This document shows, one piece after another, positions 8,494 through 17,243 of a stretch of 64,000 bases of DNA. The notes under the pieces were generated by a model. That model did no database searches, was not told the origin of the DNA, and was given only the letters and a program-made list of their open reading frames with translations. The DNA is from an uncultured Actinomycetes bacterium. GTDB taxonomy: Bacteria > Actinomycetota > Thermoleophilia > Gaiellales > JAICJC01. Location: positions 2,895,504 to 2,959,503 of the forward strand of contig OY969568.1 of assembly GCA_963701125.1 (NCBI GenBank). Direction: 5' to 3'. Position numbers and translations under genes: made by a program. Position 1 is the first letter of the stretch. Each line of letters begins with the position of its first letter.

Positions 8494-9651
8494 ATGCGGA
8501 GATCGTCTGCGTGCGTCATCCTGTGCGCGACCGCGGCAATGCTGGCGGGGCCGGCAACCGCGCTGGCAGCGCCGGCGGCAGGGCCGTCGAGCGCGCCGCT
8601 CGCGACCTGGCAGGCGCAGGGACGGGTGAGCGCGCTCGAGATCTCAAACGGCGTCGTCTACATCGGCGGGTCGTTCACCTCGCTCTTCTCGCACGGCACG
8701 CGCAAGACGGTCACGCGCAACCACCTGGCCGCGATCAGCGAGAGCACCGGCGCGCCGCTGGCGTGGAACCCGAACGTGAACGGCTCGGTCCACTCGATCC
8801 GCGTGATCGGAAACCGCGTCTACGTCGGCGGCAGCTTCACGTCGATCGGCGGCCATGGCGTGCACAATCTGGCGGCGATCGGCCGGAGCAGCGGCAGGGT
8901 CGTGACGACGTTCCACGGCGGCGCCAACGGTGAGGTCGACGCGCTGGCCGCATCCGGCTCGGAGCTGTATCTCGGCGGCACGTTCTCGCGCGTCGACGGC
9001 TTCGCGCATCGCAACCTCGGCGCGGTCGGCCTCACGCGCGGCCGGCTCGCAACAGGCTGGCGCGCGAACGCGAGCGGCTCGGTGCACGTGCTCCTCTACG
9101 ACGCCGCGGCCGGGCGCGTCTACGTCGGCGGGCACTTCGGAAACGTCGACGGCCTGTCGCGGCCGTTCCTGGCCGCGGTCGGATCGAAGAAGGGCGCGGC
9201 CTTCAAATGGAAGAGCACGCCGCTCGGCCAGGTGTGGGCGCTCGCGCTGAGCCCGCAGGGGCCGCTCTACGCTGCGGTCGGCGGCCACCAGGGCGGGCAG
9301 CTCGACTCCTACGAGCCGCTCACCGGCGGCCTGCGCTGGCACCGGTTCGCCGACGGCGACGTGCAGGCGGTCGCGATCGCCGGCAGCGAGATCCTGGCGG
9401 GCGGCCACTTCCTGAACGTGTGCTCGACGAACGTGGGCGGCGGCAGCCCGTGGGTGTGCACCGTGCCAATGCAGCGCGACCGCTTCTTCGCCACCGACCA
9501 GAACGGCAACGTCCAGTCCTGGGACCCGGGCGGGAACAGCCTCTATGGCGTGTGGGCGCTGCGCGCCGACGCCACGCACGTGGTGGCCGGCGGCGACTTC
9601 ACGATCGTCGACTCCGCGCACCAGGCGCGGTACGCCGAGTTCCTGCGTTAG
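8494..9651 (+). CDS. secreted beta-propeller repeat protein
   Basis: Start at MRRSSACVILCATAAMLAGPATALA (signal peptide). Repeated (V/L)Y(V/L)GG.F(T/G).(I/V).G....NLAA(I/V) units. Confidence 0.6.
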   Translation: MRRSSACVILCATAAMLAGPATALAAPAAGPSSAPLATWQAQGRVSALEISNGVVYIGGSFTSLFSHGTRKTVTRNHLAAISESTGAPLAWNPNVNGSVHSIRVIGNRVYVGGSFTSIGGHGVHNLAAIGRSSGRVVTTFHGGANGEVDALAASGSELYLGGTFSRVDGFAHRNLGAVGLTRGRLATGWRANASGSVHVLLYDAAAGRVYVGGHFGNVDGLSRPFLAAVGSKKGAAFKWKSTPLGQVWALALSPQGPLYAAVGGHQGGQLDSYEPLTGGLRWHRFADGDVQAVAIAGSEILAGGHFLNVCSTNVGGGSPWVCTVPMQRDRFFATDQNGNVQSWDPGGNSLYGVWALRADATHVVAGGDFTIVDSAHQARYAEFLR

Positions 9652-9681
9652 CAGTGCAACCGGGGTGACTCCGAGCGGAGT

Positions 9682-9718
9682 GGGGACTGTCCCCAGGGGA
9701 CAGTCCCCGATTCTCTCC
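9682..9718. repeat. palindromic element GGGGACTGTCCCC-A-GGGGACAGTCCCC-GATTCTCTCC (copy 1); probable bidirectional terminator
   Basis: Perfect 13-bp inverted repeat with a 1-nt spacer, read directly. Sits between convergent gene ends (9651 and 9720). Related copies at 22939 and 26572. Confidence 0.75.
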
Positions 9719-9719
9719 G

Positions 9720-10634
9720 TCAGTCGTCGAGCACGACCTCTTCGAGCAGCCGCTCGAAGTCCGGGCCGTCGAACTCGGCCACGGCGCGGTCGTACTTCTC
9801 CATGCCCCACTCCCAGAAGTCGAATTCGATGTCCGAGACGCCGTCCTGGATCGATGCCCAGAGCGTCCACCCGTACTTCGACATGAGTCCCCACAGGCGC
9901 GCCCGCGCGATGCGGCTGCGGCGCCTGCGGCCGTAGTAGTGGGTCACGAGCTCGTCGAGCTGGCCGAGCGAGAGGTTGGACTCGCTCCAGACGTTTCCGA
10001 GCTCGAAGCAGGCATCGTTCATGCCGGAGTACTCGTAGTCGATCAGCCGGAACTCGCCCGCGCCGGTGTCGATGAAGTTCTCGGCCAGGAGGTCGTTGTT
10101 GCACGGCACCGTGCCCTCGTCACGCACGGCCATCGCCGTCTCCATCCGCCGCACCTGCGGCTCGAAGTCGGCGTAGCGGGCGGGCAGGCGGAAGCCGCGC
10201 TCTTGCACGAGCTCGAGGTACCGGCGCTGGATCGCGAACATGTTGAAGTCGTCGCGAAACGGGGCGGCGCCGTGCAGGCGGCGGCAGGCTCCCGCCACCA
10301 TGTCGAGCGTGTCGCCCCGGCGCAGGTCGGCGGACGTCTGGGTCGTCCCCTCGATGAACTCGAGCACGAGCAGCGAGCGATCGGGCAGGTAGTCGACCAC
10401 GCGGGCGCCGACGCCCGCATCCGCGGCCGAGACGCTGTTTCGGTACTCGTTCTCGCGGTCGATCGCGAGCATCCCGGCGTCCTTGGCCGAGACCCGCATC
10501 ACGAACGCGCCCTCGGCGGTCACGACCTTGTAGTTCGTGTTCGTGAGCCCGCCGGCGAGCTCGGTCACGGTGCGCTCGCCGCGCAGCGCCGGGACGAGGT
10601 CGAGCAGCTCTCCGACGGCCGGGTCTTCCGCCAC
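9720..10634 (-). CDS. choline/ethanolamine kinase family phosphotransferase (APH fold)
   Basis: 304 aa. GGLTNTNYKV nucleotide loop, Brenner-type motif PCNNDLLAENFI, choline-kinase motif LIDYEYSGMNDACFELGN. Confidence 0.8.
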   Translation of the reverse strand: MAEDPAVGELLDLVPALRGERTVTELAGGLTNTNYKVVTAEGAFVMRVSAKDAGMLAIDRENEYRNSVSAADAGVGARVVDYLPDRSLLVLEFIEGTTQTSADLRRGDTLDMVAGACRRLHGAAPFRDDFNMFAIQRRYLELVQERGFRLPARYADFEPQVRRMETAMAVRDEGTVPCNNDLLAENFIDTGAGEFRLIDYEYSGMNDACFELGNVWSESNLSLGQLDELVTHYYGRRRRSRIARARLWGLMSKYGWTLWASIQDGVSDIEFDFWEWGMEKYDRAVAEFDGPDFERLLEEVVLDD

Positions 10635-10672
10635 GCGTCCCTCCTTGAGTCCTCTGCCGGTACGGGCCGCCC

Positions 10673-10678
10673 ACTATA
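10673..10678 (-). promoter_or_regulatory. candidate -10 hexamer TATAGT upstream of the kinase gene
   Basis: TATAGT (minus strand) about 35 nt upstream of AAGGAGG plus the start at 10634. The same hexamer occurs upstream of the 14819 gene. No -35 verified. Confidence 0.25.
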
Positions 10679-10703
10679 GGCCATGGGTCGGCGCCGGCGG
10701 CTC

Positions 10704-10889
10704 TCAGTCCTGGGTGGTGAGGGCGCCGACGGGGCACGTGTCGCAGATGTCCTGCGCGCGCCCCTCCTCCATCGGGTCGATCAGCACCCGGGCGCAGCCG
10801 TCGTGAATCTCGACCGCCTCGGGGTCGAGCCCGACGCACTCGCCGGAGCCGATGCAGATGTCGGTGTCGACGACGATGTGAACGAACAT
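10704..10889 (-). CDS. small ferredoxin (3Fe-4S/4Fe-4S type)
   Basis: 61 aa. C..G.C ... C-P cysteine pattern (DICIGSGECV ... CDTCPVGAL), as in actinobacterial P450/oxygenase-type ferredoxins. Confidence 0.85.
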   Translation of the reverse strand: MFVHIVVDTDICIGSGECVGLDPEAVEIHDGCARVLIDPMEEGRAQDICDTCPVGALTTQD

Positions 10890-10911
10890 TGTGCGCCTCC
10901 TTCTCGTGGGT

Positions 10912-12039
10912 TCAGGCGGCCGCGGCCACCAGCTTGCGGGCCTCGCCGAGCCGCGTCGGCGCGTCCATCAGGAGCACGCAACACGGGTGCGCCTGCTGGT
11001 CACGCCCGACGATGAGGGCGTCCTCCTCGGCCCACTCGACGGCCGCGTCCGCCAGGCCGACCTGCTGGATTCGCAGTGGCCCGATGTCGCTGAAGAAGTA
11101 GGGGTCGCGCACGTACGGCTCTCGCGATCCGGTGATCGCGCCGGCGACGTGCCTGCCGCTCCAGAGCGCATGGTCCCAGTGAGGGATCGCGAGCCGGCCG
11201 AAGCGCGGGTGGGGGAACGACACGCAGTCACCGCATGCCCAGAGGTCGTCGTGTCCGGCGACGCGGAGTGTCTCGTCGGCCTCGAGCGCGAGCGGGGGCG
11301 GCGTCGTCACGGCGAGCTCGGGAGGCAGGCTCGAGCGGACGCCGGCCGCAGCGATGACGACGTCCGCGCGCAGGTCTCCATGGGTGCCCGTACGCACGAG
11401 CCAGCCGCTCGGATCGTGCTCGGCGGACGCGATCCGGCATTCGCCGGCGAACGTGACGCCGAGCGCCGCGAGCGTGGCCTCCGCGGCATCCGACACCACC
11501 GGGAGGAATCGGGCGAGCGGCCGTGCGACCATGTCGAGGAGGGTCACCTGATGGAGTGCGGCGAGGGTCGCGGCTGTCTCGGTGCCGATGAGGCCGGCGC
11601 CGATCACGATCACGCGCTGTCCCGGTCGCCGCAGCCGCTCGACGAGCGCCGCGGCGCCGGCGCCGGTGGTGTTCTCGTCGCACCCATCCAGCCCGGGCAC
11701 CGGCGGCCGGGGGTAGCGCAGCCCGGTCGCCCAGACCAGACGGGGCGCCTCGACCATGACGGGCGCGCCACCGCTTGACGGTGTGATCGTCAGGCGCCGG
11801 GAGGCGAGGTCGAGTCCGGTGACGCGGCCGTCCACATGCGCGATGCCACGCTCGGCCATGACCTCAGCCGTGGCGAGCAGCGGCACGTGGCCGGTCACGA
11901 GCGCCCGCTTGGAAAGGGGCGGGCGGTCGTGGGGCAGGCCCGGTCCGATCATCGTGACCGCCTGACCCGCGCCGGCGAGCTTCGTGGCGCACGCGAATCC
12001 CGAGACGCCGTTTCCGACGATGACAATCGGGGCGGTCAT
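10912..12039 (-). CDS. FAD-dependent ferredoxin reductase (pyridine nucleotide-disulfide oxidoreductase family)
   Basis: Start at MTAPIVIVGNGVSG (GxGxxG). Second Rossmann motif VIVIGAGLIGTE. WACGDC motif. The N-terminal 160 aa of the track ORF are Arg/Ala-rich and spurious. Confidence 0.85.
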   Translation of the reverse strand: MTAPIVIVGNGVSGFACATKLAGAGQAVTMIGPGLPHDRPPLSKRALVTGHVPLLATAEVMAERGIAHVDGRVTGLDLASRRLTITPSSGGAPVMVEAPRLVWATGLRYPRPPVPGLDGCDENTTGAGAAALVERLRRPGQRVIVIGAGLIGTETAATLAALHQVTLLDMVARPLARFLPVVSDAAEATLAALGVTFAGECRIASAEHDPSGWLVRTGTHGDLRADVVIAAAGVRSSLPPELAVTTPPPLALEADETLRVAGHDDLWACGDCVSFPHPRFGRLAIPHWDHALWSGRHVAGAITGSREPYVRDPYFFSDIGPLRIQQVGLADAAVEWAEEDALIVGRDQQAHPCCVLLMDAPTRLGEARKLVAAAA

Positions 12040-12232
12040 GGGGCACTCCGGCGGCGCAGCCAAGCCATGCATCCATTGGAGCGCCGCCGCCCGCGCGGCG
12101 CATCGGTGGATCCGCCGAACTGCGGCTCGGGCGACTCCGTACAAGCCCGAACCGCAGATGCGTGCTCTCGCCGATGCGGCGGCGCCGGCGGCGCGCCATG
12201 ATCGAGGGCGGACGGAATGAAAGGAGTTCGCC

Positions 12233-12454
12233 GTGGCGGTCGCACATCGAGGAAACGCGCCCCCGGCCGAGCCGAGCCGGCGGCAATTGGTCGCGCTCGC
12301 CCTCGCCCTCACCGCAACCGTCCTCACCGGCGGTGCGGCCGTCGCAGGGCTGAACCGGTCGCCGTCGCCCGCTCCGGTCGGGCCGTCGGTGCAGCAGCTG
12401 CAACCCACAACCACCGCGCCGGCGGCGGCGCGGCGGGTCGAGCCAGGAGGCTGA
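12233..12454 (+). CDS. small membrane-anchored protein (hypothetical)
   Basis: 73 aa, one TM-like segment (LVALALALTATVLTGGAAVAGL) followed by a Pro-rich tail. Immediately precedes the next small ORF. Confidence 0.3.
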   Translation: MAVAHRGNAPPAEPSRRQLVALALALTATVLTGGAAVAGLNRSPSPAPVGPSVQQLQPTTTAPAAARRVEPGG

Positions 12455-12455
12455 G

Positions 12456-12662
12456 ATGCGAACCGTCTGGGTAACCGTCCTCTCCGTGTGGGCGCTCTTC
12501 GCCGTGGTGGCGGTGCTCGCATGGACGCGTCAGCAGACCGTCCCCGGATCGGTCAGTCCGCAGGTTGTCGTCGTCAAGGGCAAGAACGGCACCAGCAGCC
12601 TCGTGGTTCAGAACACGGCGCCTCAGGCCACCACGCGCACGTCGCCGGTGGCAGCGGGATGA
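12456..12662 (+). CDS. small membrane-anchored protein (hypothetical; possible flavinylation-module component)
   Basis: 68 aa. N-terminal TM (VWVTVLSVWALFAVVAVLAW). Short extracytoplasmic beta-like tail ending QATTRTSPV. Its stop overlaps the start of the ferric-reductase-like gene (ATGA). Confidence 0.4.
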   Translation: MRTVWVTVLSVWALFAVVAVLAWTRQQTVPGSVSPQVVVVKGKNGTSSLVVQNTAPQATTRTSPVAAG

Positions 12663-13273
12663 TCATCCTCGCGAGCGGCGTCCCGGTCGCATGGCTGGTG
12701 GCGAGGGCAGCGGGACTGGTCGCGTTCGGTCTGCTGACGATCGCGGTCACGTTCGGCCTGCTCCTGAGCACGCGCGTGCTCGGCCCGAAGCGGGGCAAGA
12801 CCCTGCTCGAGTGGCACCGCACGCTCATCTGGGCGGGCCTGGCGATGGTCGCGCTGCACGGTGTGGCCCTTCTCTTCGACCCGACGCTGCACTTCGGGTT
12901 CCTCGCCGTCCTCGTTCCCGGCACCGCCCCGTGGCGTCCGGTGTCCGTCGCGGCCGGCGTCGTGACGGCCTGGCTGATGCTCGTGCTCGCCGCGTCCTTC
13001 AAGGCCCGTCGCCGCATCGGCCAGCGGCGCTGGCGGCAGCTGCATTACGCGAGCTTCGCCGCGTTCTCGCTCGGGCTCTGGCATGCGCTCACGACCGGCA
13101 GCGACCTGGTCGGCACGCGCGGCCTGGTCTTCGCCGCCGTCGTGCTGATGCCGGTGCTCTGGCTCACCTTCCTGCGGATCCTCACGCCGCGGCCGGCGCC
13201 GAAGCCGCAACGGCCGCGTCCACCGATGCCGGCGAAGGACGAGCCGGCGCCCCGGACACCGGTGGCCGTGTGA
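12659..13273 (+). CDS. ferric reductase-like transmembrane (MsrQ/YedZ-like) protein
   Basis: About 204 aa, 5-6 TM, conserved His residues in the TM helices (EWHRTL ... ALHGVA ... LHYASF ... LWHAL). Confidence 0.7.
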   Translation: MIILASGVPVAWLVARAAGLVAFGLLTIAVTFGLLLSTRVLGPKRGKTLLEWHRTLIWAGLAMVALHGVALLFDPTLHFGFLAVLVPGTAPWRPVSVAAGVVTAWLMLVLAASFKARRRIGQRRWRQLHYASFAAFSLGLWHALTTGSDLVGTRGLVFAAVVLMPVLWLTFLRILTPRPAPKPQRPRPPMPAKDEPAPRTPVAV

Positions 13274-14241
13274 TGGCGCACAGGCTTGAGACCCTGCCGT
13301 TCCGCGCGATGGGCACGACCTGCGCGGTCTCGGTGACGGCGAGTCGTGAGGAGCGGCTGCCCGCGCGACGGGCGATCGCCGCAGGGCGCGCGGAGATCGT
13401 CGCCTGCGAGCGGGTGCTGTCGCGCTTTTCTGCTCAGAGCGACCTCTGCCGGCTGAACCGTCTGAGCGGCGAGTGGGTGACCGTCGATGTCCGCCTCCTC
13501 GACGGGCTCGAGGAGGCGGTGCGGGCACGGGAGGCGACAGGCGGGCGGTTCGATCCGACGATCCTCCCGGCGCTTATCGCGGCGGGCTACGACCGCTCCT
13601 TCGAGCAGGTCACTCCGCACGCGCCGCGGGTGGCGCGTGCCTGGCGTGCGGGTGCGTCGATCGAGGTCGACCGCACGCGTCGGCGCGCGCGCATCGAGGC
13701 GGGCGCCGCGGTCGATCTCGGTGGCATCGGCAAGGGGTTCTCGGCCGCGCGCGCCCTCGCGGTGATGCGGACGCGGTGGCCCGGGCTGCCCGGCGCGCTG
13801 GTCGAGATGGGCGGCGACATCGCCGTCTGGGGCGCTGCGCCGGACGGCGGCCGCTGGCGCCTCGGGGTTGCCGACCCGCGCGTGCCGGGCGCAAGCCTCG
13901 GCGTGCTGCGGATCGCCGCCGGCGGCGTCGCCACGTCCGGGCGCGACCTGCGCCGCTTCGGTCTCCGGAATGAGCTTCACCACCTGATCGACCCCAGCAC
14001 GGGGGTGCCGAACAAGAGCGGCCCGCTGGCGGTCACGGTCGTCGCCGATGACGCCGGCGCGGCAGAGGCGCACGCGACGGCACTCGCGGTGACGCCGGCA
14101 CGTGCCGCCCGCGCCTACATCGCCGAGCGGCCCGGGCTGGGGGCGCTGGTCGTCCCCGACGCGGGCGCGCCGATCCTTGCGGGCGGCCTCGAGTTCTCCG
14201 CGTACCGGCCACCGGTGCGCGTCACGCTTCCGACGAGATGA
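13273..14241 (+). CDS. apbE: FAD:protein FMN transferase (ApbE family)
   Basis: 322 aa. ApbE-like motifs (LSRF...S.L.RLN ... FDPT ... VDLGGIGKGF ... GGVATSG ... HHLIDP.TG). Confidence 0.85.
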   Translation: MAHRLETLPFRAMGTTCAVSVTASREERLPARRAIAAGRAEIVACERVLSRFSAQSDLCRLNRLSGEWVTVDVRLLDGLEEAVRAREATGGRFDPTILPALIAAGYDRSFEQVTPHAPRVARAWRAGASIEVDRTRRRARIEAGAAVDLGGIGKGFSAARALAVMRTRWPGLPGALVEMGGDIAVWGAAPDGGRWRLGVADPRVPGASLGVLRIAAGGVATSGRDLRRFGLRNELHHLIDPSTGVPNKSGPLAVTVVADDAGAAEAHATALAVTPARAARAYIAERPGLGALVVPDAGAPILAGGLEFSAYRPPVRVTLPTR

Positions 14242-14750
14242 GGAGGGACATGATGGGCGCGAACGGCAACGATGCAGGAGCAGGAGGACGCCTTCGGCGT
14301 CGCGGCACCGGGGCCGTGGTCGGCGTGACCGCCGTCCTGGCGGTGCTCATCGCCGGCGCCTGCGGTGGGGGAAGCGGCGGCTCCGGCACGGGAAAGGAGA
14401 CGGCCGACGTGTTCGTCAAGCGGATCACAACCGAGTTCTCGCGCGGCCAGTCTGGCCGCCTCTGGGACGACCTCGTTCCCGCTGACCAGGCCATCGTGAC
14501 CCGGGCGCGCTACACGGCCTGCCAGGGCAACGAGGGCTTCATCCTGAAGGGCATCAAGGTGCTCGACACCTACTCCGAGCCCGTCGACCTCGACGGGTCG
14601 TCGGAACACTCCGAGGCGGTGACGCTGCAGGTGACGTCCGACACCGGCGTCACGACCGCGACCATCCACGCCGTCCCGATAGGCGGCACCTGGCACTGGA
14701 TCCTCTCGTCCACGGACCGTGCGGCGTTCGCCGCCGGCAAGTGCCCGTGA
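14238..14750 (+). CDS. lipoprotein (hypothetical)
   Basis: 170 aa. Lipobox LIAGAC followed by a Gly/Ser linker. ATGA overlap with the apbE stop. Confidence 0.6.
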   Translation: MRRDMMGANGNDAGAGGRLRRRGTGAVVGVTAVLAVLIAGACGGGSGGSGTGKETADVFVKRITTEFSRGQSGRLWDDLVPADQAIVTRARYTACQGNEGFILKGIKVLDTYSEPVDLDGSSEHSEAVTLQVTSDTGVTTATIHAVPIGGTWHWILSSTDRAAFAAGKCP

Positions 14751-14768
14751 GCGCCTGGGTGCGGCCAC

Positions 14769-14774
14769 TATAGT
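14769..14774 (+). promoter_or_regulatory. candidate -10 hexamer TATAGT upstream of the dimethylglycine-dehydrogenase-like gene
   Basis: TATAGT 44 nt upstream of the ATG at 14819, with GGAGGAG as RBS. The same hexamer occurs at 10673-10678. Confidence 0.25.
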
Positions 14775-14818
14775 CAGCGCCGCGCAGGTGGTCCATACCA
14801 GTCGGAGGAGCCGGGCGG

Positions 14819-17242
14819 ATGCAGCCGCAGCGGGCGAACGTGGTGGTGATCGGGGGAGGCGTGACCGGGTGCAGCGTCGCCTATCACCTGGCCGCCGCCG
14901 GCGTCCGTGACGTGCTCCTGATCGAGAAGGACGAGCTCACGAGCGGATCGACGTGCCATGCCGCCGGCCTCGTCACCCAGTTCAACCCGTCGCCGGCGAT
15001 GATGGCCTTCCGCCGCTACAGCGTCGAGCTCTACAACCGCCTCGGCGTGTTCGAGCCCATCGGCAGCCTGCGCATCGCGGCGTCCGAGGAGAGCCTCATC
15101 GAGCTGCGCCGTGGCGCGAGCCGGGCGCGCGGGATCGGCCTCGACGTCGAGGTGATCGGCCCTGACGAGGCCGTGGCGCTCATGCCCGCCGCCTCGCGCG
15201 AGGATCTGTACGGCGCGGTCTGGATCGCCGGCGACGGCTGCGTCGATCCGCACACCGCCACCTATGCCCTGGCAAACGCCGCCCGCGACCTCGGCGCCGG
15301 CATCCTCACGCACACCCGCGTGACCGGGATCGAGCTCGGCGCCGGCCGGCGGGTGCGGGCGGTGATGACCGACGCCGGGCCGATCGAGACCGAGCTCGTC
15401 GTGAACGCCTGCGGGATGTGGGCGCCGCAGGTCGCGGCGATGGTGGGCGCCTTCGCGCCCTCCGTCCCGGTCGATCACCAGCACATCGCCCTGCACGCCG
15501 TCCCCGGCCACGAGCTGCCGCGCGAGATGCCCTGCTTCCGCGACACCGACAACCTCGTCTACGGCCGTTCCGAGGCGGGCGGCGTGCTCTTCGGCGGCTA
15601 CGAGCCGAACCCGGTGGCGCGGTGGGTCGACGGCGTCCCGTGGGAGCATGCCGGGCGCACCCTTCCGGCCGACCACGAGCGCTTCGCCCAGCTGATGGAG
15701 GGCGCCGCCCGCCGGTTCCCGTTCCTCGACGATGCCGGCGTGGTCACGCTCGTCTGCCACCCCGACGCGATGACGCCCGACGGCAACCCGCTGCTCGGCC
15801 CGATGCCCGGCGTGCCCGGATTCTGGATGGCGGCGGGGCTCTCGCTGAACGGGTTCGGCGGCGCGGGCGGCATCGGCAAGACCATCGCCGAGTGGGTCAC
15901 GGCCGGCGAGACCGAGTGGGACGTGCACGGCTACCGCGGCTGGCGCTTCGGCTCCGCCTACGCCCACCCGGACGCGCTCGAGGCGGCCGGGCGCGAGACC
16001 TACAAGTACTACTACCGCCTGCGCTACCCGCTCGACACGGCCGAGTGGGGCCGGCCGGGCCGGCTCTCGCCCCTCCACGGGGCGACGCAGGACCTGGGCG
16101 CGGTCTACGGCACGAAGAACGGCTGGGAGCGGCCCGACTACTACCGCCCGGGCCAGCCGTGGCGGCGGGCCGGAGCCGACCAGCGCGCCTACGGCTGGAC
16201 GCGGCCGCCGGAGTTCGAGCGCATCGGCGCCGAGCACACCGCCTTCCGCGAGCGGGTCGGGATCATCGACATGACGTCGTTCGGCAAGATCGACGTCTGT
16301 GGGCCCGACGCGCTCGCGCTGCTCGACCGCGTGTGCGCGAACCGGATCGATCGCCCGCCCGGGAGCGTCGTCTACACGCAGTGGTGCAACGCGCGCGGCG
16401 GGATCGTCGCCGACGTGACGGTGACGCGCCTGGCCGACGAGCACTTCCGGGTCGTCACGGGCGCGGGTGTGGTCGAGTCCGATCTCGGCTGGCTGTGGCT
16501 GCACCGCCGCGACGGCGAGCGCGTGGCCCTGCGCGAGGCGAGCGCCGAGCTCGCGGTGATCGGGATGTGGGGGCCGCGCGCCCGCGACGTGCTCGCCGCG
16601 GTCACCGGCGACGATGTGAGCGCGGCGGCGCTGCCGTTCCGCCGCGCCGCCGAGATCCGTGTGGGCGCCGCGCCCGTGCTCGCCCAGCGGATCACCTACG
16701 TCGGCGAGCTCGGCTACGAGCTCTACGTGGCGCCGCAGTGGGCGGTGCAGGTGTGGGACGCGCTCGTGCGAACGGGTCGCGAGCACGGCATTGAGCCCGG
16801 CGGATACCGGGTGCTCGAGTCGCTGCGGATGGAGAAGGGCTACCGCTACATGGGCACCGACATCTCGGCGGGCGACACCCCCTACGAGGCGGGGCTCGGC
16901 TTCGGCGTCGCCCTCGACAAGGGCGACTTCGTCGGCCGCGATGCCCTGGCCGCGGCCGCCGAGCGCGGAGCACAGCGGGCGCTGCGCACGCTCGTCGTCG
17001 GCGGCGAGGACTCTCTGCCGCTCTACGGCGGCGAGGCGGTGCGCCGAAACGGCGAGACGGCGGGCCGGGTGCGCAGCTGCGCCTACGGCCACACCGTGCG
17101 CCGGAACATCGCCTACGCCTATCTCCCCGCAGGCACCGCCGACGGCGATCCGCTCGAGGTGGAGGTGCTCGGCGCGCCGGTCGCGGCCACGGTCGCAGCC
17201 GACGTGCTCTACGACCCGTCACACGAGCGCGTGCGCGGCTGA
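14819..17242 (+). CDS. dimethylglycine/sarcosine dehydrogenase family protein (FAD DAO domain + GcvT folate-binding domain)
   Basis: 807 aa. N-terminal VVVIGGGVTGCSVAYHLA, DAO domain, C-terminal aminomethyltransferase-like domains (SFGKIDV.GPDA ... LESLRMEKGYR). Confidence 0.9.
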   Translation: MQPQRANVVVIGGGVTGCSVAYHLAAAGVRDVLLIEKDELTSGSTCHAAGLVTQFNPSPAMMAFRRYSVELYNRLGVFEPIGSLRIAASEESLIELRRGASRARGIGLDVEVIGPDEAVALMPAASREDLYGAVWIAGDGCVDPHTATYALANAARDLGAGILTHTRVTGIELGAGRRVRAVMTDAGPIETELVVNACGMWAPQVAAMVGAFAPSVPVDHQHIALHAVPGHELPREMPCFRDTDNLVYGRSEAGGVLFGGYEPNPVARWVDGVPWEHAGRTLPADHERFAQLMEGAARRFPFLDDAGVVTLVCHPDAMTPDGNPLLGPMPGVPGFWMAAGLSLNGFGGAGGIGKTIAEWVTAGETEWDVHGYRGWRFGSAYAHPDALEAAGRETYKYYYRLRYPLDTAEWGRPGRLSPLHGATQDLGAVYGTKNGWERPDYYRPGQPWRRAGADQRAYGWTRPPEFERIGAEHTAFRERVGIIDMTSFGKIDVCGPDALALLDRVCANRIDRPPGSVVYTQWCNARGGIVADVTVTRLADEHFRVVTGAGVVESDLGWLWLHRRDGERVALREASAELAVIGMWGPRARDVLAAVTGDDVSAAALPFRRAAEIRVGAAPVLAQRITYVGELGYELYVAPQWAVQVWDALVRTGREHGIEPGGYRVLESLRMEKGYRYMGTDISAGDTPYEAGLGFGVALDKGDFVGRDALAAAAERGAQRALRTLVVGGEDSLPLYGGEAVRRNGETAGRVRSCAYGHTVRRNIAYAYLPAGTADGDPLEVEVLGAPVAATVAADVLYDPSHERVRG

Positions 17243-17243
17243 C

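Noticed and set aside
14774-17092. Large antisense or alternative-frame ORFs overlapping well-supported genes, for example 772 aa antisense to the dimethylglycine-dehydrogenase-like gene, 571 aa antisense to typA, and 605 aa antisense to the GcvT/TMADH genes.
   Set aside because: Their compositions are typical of GC-rich shadow ORFs (Arg, Ala, Gly, Pro, His, Asp runs) with no motifs. The opposite strand carries clear conserved proteins.
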